Part shown: piece by piece, positions 38,001 through 46,290 of the stretch
How positions within the stretch are numbered: position 1 is the stretch's first letter
How the letters are laid out: each line of letters begins with the position of its first letter
Origin: Syntrophobacterales bacterium
GTDB lineage: Bacteria; Desulfobacterota; Desulfobaccia; Desulfobaccales; 0-14-0-80-60-11
DNA: 64,000 nucleotides
NCBI GenBank assembly: GCA_020060385.1
Contig: JAGVAH010000151.1
Location: 17,474-81,473, forward strand
Direction of reading: 5' to 3'
The notes under the pieces: model-generated
Told to the model about the DNA's origin: nothing
What the model saw: only the letters and a program-made list of their open reading frames with translations
Database searches by the model: none
Translations under genes and position numbers: made by a program

Positions 38001-38115
38001 CGATGTGATCTGGGCGGTGGAGCAGACGGTGAATCTGCGCCCGGCCTTAAATGACTTTGGTGAACGTCTTTTGGCCGCTACGCACTTTTCGATTCAGGAA
38101 CTGGGGATAGGGTAA
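35029..38115 (+). CDS. single-polypeptide type IIG/IIL restriction-modification enzyme (PD-ExK nuclease + N6-adenine methyltransferase + C-terminal specificity region)
   Basis: N-terminus GAPDFCIK-x14-SEAKE (PD..ExK). SAM motif I ILDPAVGTGTYL. Motif IV IIGNPPYGR. C-terminal WDYVVSGYEVLRQWVKRR, typical of the type ISP/IIG tail. Confidence 0.8.
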   Translation: MDEAKLIQARDALTRYCLSIRQIRQDPGHHPETSLYTPLENLLRELAAILDTKITVIQQYSTGEIGAPDFCIKPAGKSLAFSEAKEPDKHLDNLRGRDREQLEKYRELPNLLYTNFWDLKLFQEKSEVQQAVLLPRECLDPGIPYTARLASHDPGPALDLLARFFTYSLPYITKPAQLCQHLARAARLVRGAVEEAMEIAPPDSPLGQIYSEFRDILFFELDQKEFADAYAQTLAYGLLLARQAATGQTLALATAHTFISPERHRLLAATLNLLAQPPVTAMVGWSLASLVELVNQVDPGVLAYEDPAHDPLLYFYEDFLAEYDPELRRKRGSYYTPPPVVNFQTRVINRLLVDRFQRRYGLADAGIEILDPAVGTGTYLVSALGEGCQHMRRAMGEAAVPQAATHLGNHLHGFEIQVGPYAVAHYRLATAVQEYGGHISGRLPIYLTDTLLPSYGQPQVTPHFGFMSAPITEERQGADRVKAEIPIMVIIGNPPYGRGKAETGWVWEVLMEDFRKEVPPEYRIDLKNLAEWYAYFYRWAMWKLFEQEAAPNRGILSFITNSRWLIGGAFGGMRQMFRRYFDRIYILDLHGDGRAPLPAGVEVDQNVFDIQVGVAIAVCVADGSRGEAEAEVYYTDEWGSRTSKEEWLNQFPENLPLDWFEVVSGSGLDPFYPSMEVNFTTWPDLRSIFIKKFSGVETKRDKLVVAPTKDEIQRKITIFLNAPENQKEEIFHNTRDKTYYRAAETSFDPTLIAPYAYRPLDNQFIYYHQSFIDYDRRNSLKPCWGSNNLSLASLQYRHGRGPVAFLQSVLPNRHVYGGHGGHIFPLWDKSTGAWSTHNFHPALLEKLSTFWGQEITPEQLFAYCYGVLAWEGYSLRFARELARSFPRVPFPRDHNLFQEGAELGQHLINWHSFQERYPGDGSITIQGPATTIEKSEYDPPNRCLYLAEETNAAPVSLEAWDYVVSGYEVLRQWVKRRLGLPMTLEIQRQLLDVIWAVEQTVNLRPALNDFGERLLAATHFSIQELGIG

Positions 38116-38139
38116 CTGATTAAAGAGAAGAGAACAAAA

Positions 38140-38409
38140 ATGAGCTTCTGCCTGAACGAGTCGGCTCACCGGCGCAGCGTCCAGGCCAAGGTCTGGGGCT
38201 ACGACATCGGCGGCTACCAGGTCATCAAGAAGTTGCTCTCATACCGGGAACACGACCTCCTGGACCGCTCCCTCACCCCGGACGAAGCCCGGGAAGTCAT
38301 GAACATGGCCCGGGGCCTGGCCGCCATTGTCTTGATGGAACCGGCACTGAACGCAAATTATCAGGCATTGAAAAGGTCAACATACTCTTGGCCCAAAAAC
38401 TTACCTTAA
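38140..38409 (+). pseudogene. orphan 89-aa ORF homologous to the C-terminal tail of type ISP/IIG R-M enzymes (gene remnant or detached module)
   Basis: VWGYDIGGYQVIKKLLSYREHDLLDRSLTPDE parallels WDYVVSGYEVLRQWVKRRLGLPMTLEIQ at the end of the preceding gene. Confidence 0.45.
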
Positions 38410-38900
38410 TACCGTCCGGACCTTTTAGGGGGCCAGGATTACCCTGCCTAATTTCAAGAAAAATCTGCCCTCTTAAAAGCCCCAAGAGGAAATCCTAAAA
38501 ACTTTCCAACATAGTTTCATATCTGGAATCGTGGTTCTCGGCCTACCAGAGCAGATAATGGCAAGCTATCTATCATAGTTGGCAAAATACCCATGTAGAT
38601 AAAGGTTTGGGAGCAGATTCGATGCTTCCAGAGAATTTAAAAGTTATTTTTCCTCGTCTTACGTCTTATCATTATCTGTTGGTGTTACTCTGGGTTATTT
38701 AGCCTGAAAATCAGATCTGGGCTGACCTTCTCTGGCGTCTAATAACCGCAGAGGGGGGTTTTAGAAAGGTTTTATGTTATCATCCTTCTGAGAGTGGAAA
38801 TCCATCCCCTGGCGAAGTTCGAAAAATATTTCCATACACCTACTTGAGCAGCCATCGTCTGATTCCCGCGGAAAGTGGGCGATTGAGGAGTTTTACAGCT

Positions 38901-40478
38901 ATGCGGGCTTTATTGGTATGTCCCGAATTTCCCCTTTCCTTTTGGAGTTTCCAGAAATCTTGCCGGCTCCGGGGTAACAAAACTGTTAATCCACCGTTGG
39001 GCTTGATTACGGTGGCAGCATTGCTGCCGGCCGAATGGGAACTGCGTTTGGTCGATCTCAACACTGGCAGCTTGACGGAGGAAGATTGGCAGTGGGCCGA
39101 TCTGGTCTTGATCTCGGCCATGTACATTCAAAGAGCGGGTTTGGTGGCCCTGGTAAAAGAAGCCAAGCGCCGGGGGAAAACCGTCGTCGCCGGGGGACCC
39201 CACCCCACTTCGCTCCCTGAGGCTGTCCTGGAGGCCGGTTGTGATTTTGTGGTGCGGGGCGAAGGCGAAAATACGATTCCCTTATTGCTGGAAGCGATGA
39301 GAGTTGGCAAGAACGGGATCATCGAAAACGACGCCAAGCCGGATCTGACTACCTCACCGGTCCCGCGCTTCGACCTGTTGCGGCTGCAAGATTACGCCAC
39401 CGTGACCATTCAGACTTCCCGGGGCTGCCCCTTTGACTGCGAATTTTGCGATGTGGTGAACCTTTTCGGCCGCATTCCCCGGTACAAGACCCCCCAGCAG
39501 GTCCTGGCCGAACTGGAGACCCTCCATCGGCTCGGGGCCAGGGGGTCGGTGTTCATCTGCGATGACAACTTCATCGGCAGTAAGAAGCACGCCCGGGCCC
39601 TTCTGCAAGAGCTTACCCCTTGGCTGCGGAGCCGGGGGGAACCTTTCCATTTCATGACCCAGGCCTCGGTGAATCTGGGGCAGGATCTGGAGATGATCGA
39701 CCTCATGACTGCAGCCAACCTGGATAAAGTTTTTATCGGCATCGAGTCTCCGGATGAGAAGGTGCTACAAGCTAGCCACAAATATCACAACATCAGGAAT
39801 CCTCTCGTTGAATCGCTCCGCAACATCAAAGAGAATGGCATAGGAGTCATAGGCAGTTTCATCATCGGTCTGGATGGGGAAACGAAAGGGGCTGGCGAGC
39901 GCATCTGCGCCTTCCTGGAAGAGACCGCCATACCGGTGGCCATGCTTGGGGTCCTGCAGGCCGCGCCGCACACTAAACTGTGGCATCGACTGGAGAAAGA
40001 AGGGCGGCTGCGCCCGGACGTGGGAGATGACGCGGGGACTTTCTCAGCCATGAACCTCGAGCCGGATCGGCCGGAAGCCGAGATCATGCAGGAGTACGCC
40101 GAGGCCTGGGACTATCTTTACGAACCTTCCCGCTATCTGGCGCGGGCTTACCGCTATCATCTGGCCATGCGTGCGGCTCACCGGGCCCAGGGAATGACGT
40201 TGCGCCAGATATTAATTGAAGCCAAGGCTTTTTTCCAAATCCTCTGGTGGCAAGGGGTGCGCACGCCATACCGGCGCCAGTTCTGGACCCAGATGCTCGG
40301 GCTGTTGCGGCGCAACCCCACTAGATTTGTGGAGTACATCGTCACCTGCGCCATGGGCGAGGATCTCTTCAATATGAGAAAGGTGGTGCGGGAAAAGGCC
40401 ACGGCCATCATGAAGGAGCTGCAGATAGAGGTACCCGCCACGCCACCCCGGCGTGACGTGGGCTCCAGGGCAGGTTAG
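38901..40478 (+). CDS. B12-binding (class B) radical SAM enzyme, DUF4070-type C-terminus
   Basis: SD gaggag before the ATG at 38901. N-terminal B12-binding Rossmann region (ADLVLISAMY..VVAGGPHPT). Cluster motif SRGCPFDCEFCD. Confidence 0.8.
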   Translation: MRALLVCPEFPLSFWSFQKSCRLRGNKTVNPPLGLITVAALLPAEWELRLVDLNTGSLTEEDWQWADLVLISAMYIQRAGLVALVKEAKRRGKTVVAGGPHPTSLPEAVLEAGCDFVVRGEGENTIPLLLEAMRVGKNGIIENDAKPDLTTSPVPRFDLLRLQDYATVTIQTSRGCPFDCEFCDVVNLFGRIPRYKTPQQVLAELETLHRLGARGSVFICDDNFIGSKKHARALLQELTPWLRSRGEPFHFMTQASVNLGQDLEMIDLMTAANLDKVFIGIESPDEKVLQASHKYHNIRNPLVESLRNIKENGIGVIGSFIIGLDGETKGAGERICAFLEETAIPVAMLGVLQAAPHTKLWHRLEKEGRLRPDVGDDAGTFSAMNLEPDRPEAEIMQEYAEAWDYLYEPSRYLARAYRYHLAMRAAHRAQGMTLRQILIEAKAFFQILWWQGVRTPYRRQFWTQMLGLLRRNPTRFVEYIVTCAMGEDLFNMRKVVREKATAIMKELQIEVPATPPRRDVGSRAG

Positions 40479-40840
40479 CGGCAGCCTCGTAGAAGCCCGG
40501 GTGCTTGCCCCTTGACATTAGGCCCACCTTTTTATACCATTATTTTAATTAAACAGAGTGGGATTCAAAGCTAATCCAAACTTTCCTCCAGAAAAGCTAA
40601 CCAAGACCTTGTCGCTGGCAATCCAAAGTCTGATGTAAGGCACAATAATGGAGTAACGCCGCATATTACTTATGGCGTTAAGAGTTTGTCTGTCTGCATT
40701 CCCCTCTAAATGGCCATTTTTAGTGGAAGCGTGGGGAAAAGGGCGACAAATTCGCAAAGTAAAGTGCGCCGCGACCAATCTGTTAATGGAAGCATTTTAA
40801 TATACGGGGCTTTTCCCTGAACTTAGAAGAAAAGGAACCT

Positions 40841-42088
40841 ATGGAATTTAACACCTTTGATTTTCATCACCAGGTTATGGCGGGCGTTAGCGCGGCGCGC
40901 TATCTAACGCCAACGCCGATACAGGCACAGGCAATCCCGCTGGTCATGCAAGGGCACGATATCGTGGGCCTGGCCCAGACCGGCACCGGCAAGACCGCGG
41001 CCTTTGTGCTGCCAATTCTCCATCGCCTGATGCAAGGCAGGCGCAGGCACGTCAGGGCCCTGATTATTGCCCCCACGCGCGAACTGGCCGAGCAAATCCA
41101 TCAGGCCATTGGCACCCTGGGAAGCCGGACCGGACTCAAGAGCGTTACTATTTATGGAGGAGTTGGCTTCAACCCGCAGGCGGATAAGCTGAAACGCGCC
41201 GCCGCGATTGTCGTTGCCTGTCCCGGCCGCCTGCTTGACCATATCAGTCGTGGCACCATCGACCTCTCACATCTGGAAGTGCTCGTACTGGACGAGTCAG
41301 ACCGGATGTTAGACATGGGATTTCTGCCCGATATCAGAAAGATCATCGAGCACTTGCCGGCAAAACGCCAGACGCTTTTGTTCTCAGCAACCATGCCGGA
41401 TGATATTCTGCATCTATCCCGGGCAGTCCTGAAAGCACCGGTGACGGTGCAGGTTAATGCTACTGGACCGGCAAGCACTGTCTCTCATAAACTTTATCCG
41501 GTCGCGCAGCACCGTAAGACCCCGCTGCTCCTCGAACTGTTGCGCCATACCGCTACTGAGTCGGTTCTGATCTTTACGCGCACCAAACATCGGGCCAAGC
41601 GTCTGGGGGAACAGTTGGGGAAGGCCGGCTATCGAGCAGCATCACTGCAGGGAAATCTCTCCCAGGCGCAGCGTCAGGCGGTGATGAACGGGTTCCGCAA
41701 CGGCAACTTCCAGATACTTGTGGCCACTGACGTGGCCTCCCGGGGGATCGACGTGACCCAGATTTCCCACGTAATCAATTACGATATGCCGGATACTACT
41801 GATGCCTATACCCACCGAATCGGACGTACCGGCCGCAATGCCAAGAGCGGTGATGCCTTCACCTTTATTACTTCTGAAGATGAGGATATGGTGCGCAGCA
41901 TCGAGCGGGTCCTCCGCACCAAGGTAAAGCGTTGTATACTGAATGGTTTTGATTATAAAATGGCGGCACCGCCAGGCGATGCCGAGTTCGCACGGCCGCG
42001 ACGTAAGCCGCAGCGGCGCTTGGAACAGAAAAACCCCAAATCATTCAAAGCTTATGGTGAAGGCGCGCATTCTTTTGGACACAGATAG
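40841..42088 (+). CDS. DEAD-box ATP-dependent RNA helicase (RhlE-like), with DESD in place of DEAD
   Basis: Q-motif; AQTGTGKT; PTRELA; LDESDRMLDMGF; SAT; HRIGRTGR; basic C-terminal tail. Confidence 0.9.
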   Translation: MEFNTFDFHHQVMAGVSAARYLTPTPIQAQAIPLVMQGHDIVGLAQTGTGKTAAFVLPILHRLMQGRRRHVRALIIAPTRELAEQIHQAIGTLGSRTGLKSVTIYGGVGFNPQADKLKRAAAIVVACPGRLLDHISRGTIDLSHLEVLVLDESDRMLDMGFLPDIRKIIEHLPAKRQTLLFSATMPDDILHLSRAVLKAPVTVQVNATGPASTVSHKLYPVAQHRKTPLLLELLRHTATESVLIFTRTKHRAKRLGEQLGKAGYRAASLQGNLSQAQRQAVMNGFRNGNFQILVATDVASRGIDVTQISHVINYDMPDTTDAYTHRIGRTGRNAKSGDAFTFITSEDEDMVRSIERVLRTKVKRCILNGFDYKMAAPPGDAEFARPRRKPQRRLEQKNPKSFKAYGEGAHSFGHR

Positions 42089-42467
42089 AGGTTAAATCAA
42101 GCAGCCGGGAGCAACCCTGATATTGCTTCCGGCGGGCTGGGGCCGGGGTTTTGTGATCCTGATGTTAGGATAATCCCAGTTTCCGTGCAAAAATGCGCTA
42201 AAATCCAGGAGGGGTGCGTCAGAGAAAAGGGTGAGGCTCTCTAGCACGCCAGTCATGACGCAGGATCGAGCCCCAATTTGACTAAGCGACTGGTTAGCCA
42301 GGTTGGATCAGAGATGGCGATAGCTCCTATGACCTGCCCCGTTTCCAACAAAAAAATGGTTATTTGCTATGGTTAGCATAACTACATTTCAGGTCATTGC
42401 CCTTTTCAAATCTTACCTCAATTTATAATATCCCTCTTTACGCTACTATCCTCAGCCTGTCAGGTGA

Positions 42468-42941
42468 CTAGGCAAGACGCAATTGCGCCAGCGAGGCCCT
42501 GGCGCTGCCACCGCTGATATCCGGCACAATCTTTAATTCGAGCACGGTTACCCTGTCGAGATCGACCTCGTAGTTTTCGACCTCCCGGGTTTCCCCAGGC
42601 GGACTGAAGTTATATTGTTGGCGCAGAATCTCCCGGTAGGTCTGACCGCCGTCTGGTGACCATCGCAAAACGAACTCTTGGGTGCGCTCCTGCTCGCCTT
42701 CATGGAACATCAGGTGGACCCGCCTAAGGCTCAGCGGCTCATCAAACAGGAGGCGAATGGTCTGCTCCCCTGGCTCCGCCGCCCGCCAACCCTGGCCCGT
42801 ACCCTGAATCAGCGCCGATTCAATCGGATAGTCGGCATCTTCGGACGTGATTTCGGCTTGGGCCAAGAGGTCAAGGTCCAGCCAACCGGGCTCGGGGGCT
42901 TCGACCTCACGAGGCCCATGACCGATAATGCGCTTACGCAT
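42468..42941 (-). CDS. hypothetical protein, possibly a discoidin/F5-8 type C-like beta-sandwich
   Basis: 157-aa ORF and the only minus-strand gene in the island. The fold call is weak pattern recognition only. Confidence 0.4.
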   Translation of the reverse strand: MRKRIIGHGPREVEAPEPGWLDLDLLAQAEITSEDADYPIESALIQGTGQGWRAAEPGEQTIRLLFDEPLSLRRVHLMFHEGEQERTQEFVLRWSPDGGQTYREILRQQYNFSPPGETREVENYEVDLDRVTVLELKIVPDISGGSARASLAQLRLA

Positions 42942-43114
42942 AGAGTCTTCCTCCTTTTCCCCATTCTAGTTTAACTTATATATTAAGTGGATTCTATTTT
43001 TTTCCCCTAAGTCACTTTGACGGATGCCTTAAAAAATAACCTCTATTATTTATAGTATTATTTATAGGGGTTAATTGGAGTCCCGGGATTTTGCTGCCAA
43101 TTATTTTAATTGGC

Positions 43115-43142
43115 TTGACATCAAATAATTTTTTTGTAAAAT
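43115..43142 (+). promoter_or_regulatory. sigma70-like promoter candidate for csp
   Basis: TTGACA-N16-TAAAAT, about 160 nt upstream of the csp ATG. Confidence 0.5.
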
Positions 43143-43196
43143 ACATCCAAGTTTAGCATGTCAGAATGAAATCAGGGCCACAAGTCCTGGACAAAA

Positions 43197-43234
43197 ATCG
43201 GACGGGGGTGCTAATTCCCGGCCGATTTTTTTTT
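43197..43234 (+). promoter_or_regulatory. terminator-like hairpin + T9 inside the csp 5' leader (possible attenuator/thermosensor)
   Basis: atcggacggg / cccggccgat (9 of 10 bp paired) followed by nine T residues, between the promoter candidate and the csp start. Confidence 0.4.
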
Positions 43235-43301
43235 GCCTGACTGCTGTGCGCCCTGCTTTTTGGGCAGGAATATCTTTGCAGTATTTGTTGGAGGTTTCAC
43301 C

Positions 43302-43505
43302 ATGAAGGAAACTGGTACGGTTAAATGGTTTAATGACTCGAAAGGCTTTGGTTTCATTACCCGGGAAAACGGTCCGGATGTGTTTGTACATCACAGCGCC
43401 ATTCTGGGCGAAGGCTTCCACACCCTGTCAGAAGAACAGGCAGTAGAGTTCGATGTAACCCAGGGTCCCAAGGGTCCCCAGGCCCAAAACGTCGTAAAAC
43501 TTTAG
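43302..43505 (+). CDS. cold-shock protein, CspA family
   Basis: [15 protein letters not shown] (RNP1) and DVFVHHSAI (RNP2); 67 aa. Confidence 0.9.
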   Translation: MKETGTVKWFNDSKGFGFITRENGPDVFVHHSAILGEGFHTLSEEQAVEFDVTQGPKGPQAQNVVKL

Positions 43506-43586
43506 GCCAAACAGCCTAAAGAGCGGACCTCCGTCGGTCTCTGGACCCTCGGAGTTCCGCCACCTTGATTATTAAAGAGGTAGAAC

Positions 43587-43733
43587 TTGGCACGTAACCG
43601 TTATAGCTGGCAAAAGCGGGTAAAAGAGTTGGCCCGAAAAGAAAAAAATGACGAAAAAATGAAACGTCGCCAGGGAAAAACCACGCCACCGCCGACGGAG
43701 GAAATGCCGAGGGAGGTTGAAGAAGGAACTTAA
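43587..43733 (+). CDS. possible 48-aa Lys/Arg-rich small protein (TTG start)
   Basis: SD aagagg lies 8 nt before the TTG. Translation LARNRYSWQKRVKELARKEKNDEKMKRRQGKTTPPPTEEMPREVEEGT. Absent from the supplied ORF track, presumably below its size cut-off. Confidence 0.3.
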   Translation: MARNRYSWQKRVKELARKEKNDEKMKRRQGKTTPPPTEEMPREVEEGT

Positions 43734-43776
43734 AGGTACTGACGGGCAGGTCCGGCAAGACCAACAGGGAGAAGAT

Positions 43777-44082
43777 ATGAGTATCAAATTGTACGTGGGC
43801 AATCTATCCTACGAGACTACCGAAGAACAGCTGAACTCTTTGTTCTCCGAGGCCGGCGCCGTGGCCTCGGCCAAGATCATCACCGACCGGCAGACGGGTC
43901 AACCCCGGGGTTTCGGTTTTGTGGAAATGGAGAGCAAAATGGACGGCCAAAAGGCCATTTCCATGCTCAACGGCCGTAATATAGATGGCCGCGCCCTGGC
44001 AGTCAATGAAGCCAAACCGCAGCAAAAAGGCGGATTTGGGGGCGGCCGTGGCGGCCGCGGCGGCCGCGGCGGTTACCGCTAG
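43777..44082 (+). CDS. RRM-type RNA-binding protein with C-terminal RGG tail
   Basis: RNP2 KLYVGNL, RNP1 RGFGFVEM, tail GGGRGGRGGRGGYR. Confidence 0.9.
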   Translation: MSIKLYVGNLSYETTEEQLNSLFSEAGAVASAKIITDRQTGQPRGFGFVEMESKMDGQKAISMLNGRNIDGRALAVNEAKPQQKGGFGGGRGGRGGRGGYR

Positions 44083-44146
44083 AGCCGGGGGTCAGGTGCT
44101 AGGAAGTAGACACTTTACTATCAGTCCTGGGATTTTCGGGTAATCG

Positions 44147-44175
44147 AAAGGCGGCCTTTGGGCCGCCTTTTTGTT
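44147..44175 (+). terminator. intrinsic terminator
   Basis: aaaggcggcc-tttg-ggccgccttt followed by ttgtt. Confidence 0.7.
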
Positions 44176-44243
44176 CAGAAACTGAATCAGCGGTGTTATT
44201 TCCGCGATTCCTTAAGCGTCAGCAGATGCGAAGGATTTTCTTA

Positions 44244-45782
44244 ATGAAGATCTTTTTGGTTTATGTGCGAGATGAAAACTTTTGCCGCTTACTGCCCAAA
44301 GAACTGGATAGATCCCCCTCTGACAATAGCCGCATCAAAGTAATGGGCCTTCCGCCCCTGGGAATCCAGACCCTGGCGCCGGTCCTGCGCCGGCATGGAC
44401 ACCGGGTGCGGCTGTTTGATACCTGTCACCCACTGATGCAGGCGGAACATATCGCTCAGGCAGTGGAAGAAGAATGGCCCGACGTCATTGCCCTCTCCTG
44501 TCTCTCCACGACCACCTACCCGGCGGTCAAAGACCTGGCCCGGCGATTAAAGTTGGGACCGCGGCAAATCCCCATCATCTTAGGCGGGCCATTTGCCACC
44601 ATGAATGCAGACCGCATCCTGGCAGACTGCCCTGACATCGACTGCGTGGGGGTGGGGGAGGGCGAAGAGCTGTTGCCGGACTATTTGAGCAACCTCGCCG
44701 ATCCCAGCTCCGTAGCCGGTCTGGTCTGGCGCCACGCAGGGAAGATTGTGGAGAACGTCTTACGACCGCTTATTCAGGATCTGGATCAGTTTCCCTACCC
44801 CGACCGCACCAGCCTGCCCATCGACTACATCGAGTCCTTGCCCCTGGACGTCCCTGCGGTCCTCTCCCTAGATAAATTTTGCACCATGCAGACTTCCCGA
44901 GGCTGCCCTTATTCCTGCATATATTGCGATATTCCCTCCCTGGCCCGGGGCAAATGGCGCTACCGCTCCGCGGAGCATGTCTTGGGGGAAATGCAGCAAT
45001 TGAATGATCTGGGCTATCGCTCCATTTACCTGACCGATGATCATTTCCTCCTTAACCGCAAGCGCATCAGCGAAGTTTGCCGCGGGATTATTGACCGCGG
45101 GCTGCAGTTCCATTGGGGTTGCGAAGGCAGGGTGGATGCAGTCGCGGTGGATCAGTTGCCTATCATGAGTAAAGCCAACTGTAATTTCCTGGCTTTTGGC
45201 GTGGAGGCGGGGACGCAAAAGGTGCTTGACCGGCTTAACAAGAAACAGACTCTGAAGCAGGTGGAACACGCGGTCAGTGAAGCGAAGCGGCATGGCATCG
45301 CCAGGGTGCACGGATTTTTTGTGATTAGCTCTCCCGACGAAACCGAAGAGGATATCCTGGCCAGCTTCCGTTTTGCCGCGCGGCTGAAGCTGGACACCTT
45401 CGGTTTCGGACGCTTATGCGTTTACCGGGGCACCCCTTTATGGCAGGAGTATATCGATCGGGGGATCATTGACGACACACTGGATTGGCACAAATGGTTC
45501 AAGTGCTCGGACGTTGACCCCACCGTATTACCGAGCGCCAGGGTGAACCGTCTGCGCATGAAAGGCTACGCCTTGTTGTTTGCCCGCCGGATTTTCAGGC
45601 GCCCCTTCCGCACCTACAAGCTCCTGCGCATGTTCGGCCGTCATATGAAGAAATCAGATCTCCTAAAATTGCTCTGGAGCCCTTTCCAACGGCGGACTCT
45701 GAGCCGGAAGCCCGATCTCCCGGCCAGGATGATGGATCTGGGACTCACAGAGCCCGAGAGGGGCACAGTCTCCATCACCTAA
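44244..45782 (+). CDS. B12-binding (class B) radical SAM enzyme, second copy
   Basis: N-terminal B12-binding-like region (PDVIALSCLSTT..IILGGPFAT). Cluster motif SRGCPYSCIYCD. The ORF is open from 44193. Confidence 0.8.
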   Translation: MKIFLVYVRDENFCRLLPKELDRSPSDNSRIKVMGLPPLGIQTLAPVLRRHGHRVRLFDTCHPLMQAEHIAQAVEEEWPDVIALSCLSTTTYPAVKDLARRLKLGPRQIPIILGGPFATMNADRILADCPDIDCVGVGEGEELLPDYLSNLADPSSVAGLVWRHAGKIVENVLRPLIQDLDQFPYPDRTSLPIDYIESLPLDVPAVLSLDKFCTMQTSRGCPYSCIYCDIPSLARGKWRYRSAEHVLGEMQQLNDLGYRSIYLTDDHFLLNRKRISEVCRGIIDRGLQFHWGCEGRVDAVAVDQLPIMSKANCNFLAFGVEAGTQKVLDRLNKKQTLKQVEHAVSEAKRHGIARVHGFFVISSPDETEEDILASFRFAARLKLDTFGFGRLCVYRGTPLWQEYIDRGIIDDTLDWHKWFKCSDVDPTVLPSARVNRLRMKGYALLFARRIFRRPFRTYKLLRMFGRHMKKSDLLKLLWSPFQRRTLSRKPDLPARMMDLGLTEPERGTVSIT

Positions 45783-45861
45783 ACTGAACTGCTCTGTGTC
45801 GAGGTGGCTCAGGAGAAGACGCAGACCAATGCCTCTAGATAAGACCGACAAGGAGAAGGCG

Positions 45862-46140
45862 ATGAGTAAAAGATTAGCCGTGGGCAACCTGCCCCACCAA
45901 ATGACCGGAGAAGAGTTGCAGACCCTTTTTTCTGAAGCCGGCTTGGTGGCCTCCTCCAAGATCATCACTTATCTGCACAACGGGCAGACCCGCGGTTTCG
46001 GCTTTGTGGAGATGCATACCCCAAAGGAAAGCCAGAGAGCCATTGCCCTGCTCAATGGCCGGCAGGTTGAGGGGCGCCCCCTGGTAGTCAAAGCGGATAG
46101 AGTGGGGTCAAAAAACCCTTTTAGCCGCCGCCGCAAATGA
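45862..46140 (+). CDS. RRM-type RNA-binding protein, second copy
   Basis: RNP2 RLAVGNL, RNP1 RGFGFVEM; short basic tail. Confidence 0.85.
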   Translation: MSKRLAVGNLPHQMTGEELQTLFSEAGLVASSKIITYLHNGQTRGFGFVEMHTPKESQRAIALLNGRQVEGRPLVVKADRVGSKNPFSRRRK

Positions 46141-46290
46141 TCAAATAACCCTGAGCGCGGCTGTGGTAGATTCCAGCCCGTAAGGTGACCAGGCGCGCCA
46201 ATACTAGACATTCATGATTGAGTACCAGGCACCGGTGTTGAGGCGATTAATGGCCTGGCAGCCCCCACCAGTTTTGCCAAGTGGTATTCG

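Noticed and set aside
35029-38115. Assignment of the methyltransferase to BREX (PglX) or to a type ISP enzyme.
   Set aside because: No PglZ, BrxC/L or other BREX genes are adjacent. No helicase/translocase domain is present in the polypeptide.
40545-40778. A 77-aa minus-strand ORF in the spacer before the DEAD-box helicase.
   Set aside because: It has no SD and a low-complexity translation. The region is better explained as the long 5' leader or promoter region of the helicase gene.
38901-45782. The two radical SAM genes as anaerobic sulfatase-maturating enzymes for the Cys-type sulfatase at 20125-22548.
   Set aside because: They have N-terminal B12-binding domains and no SPASM-type auxiliary cluster motifs. 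They lie more than 16 kb away inside a mobile island.
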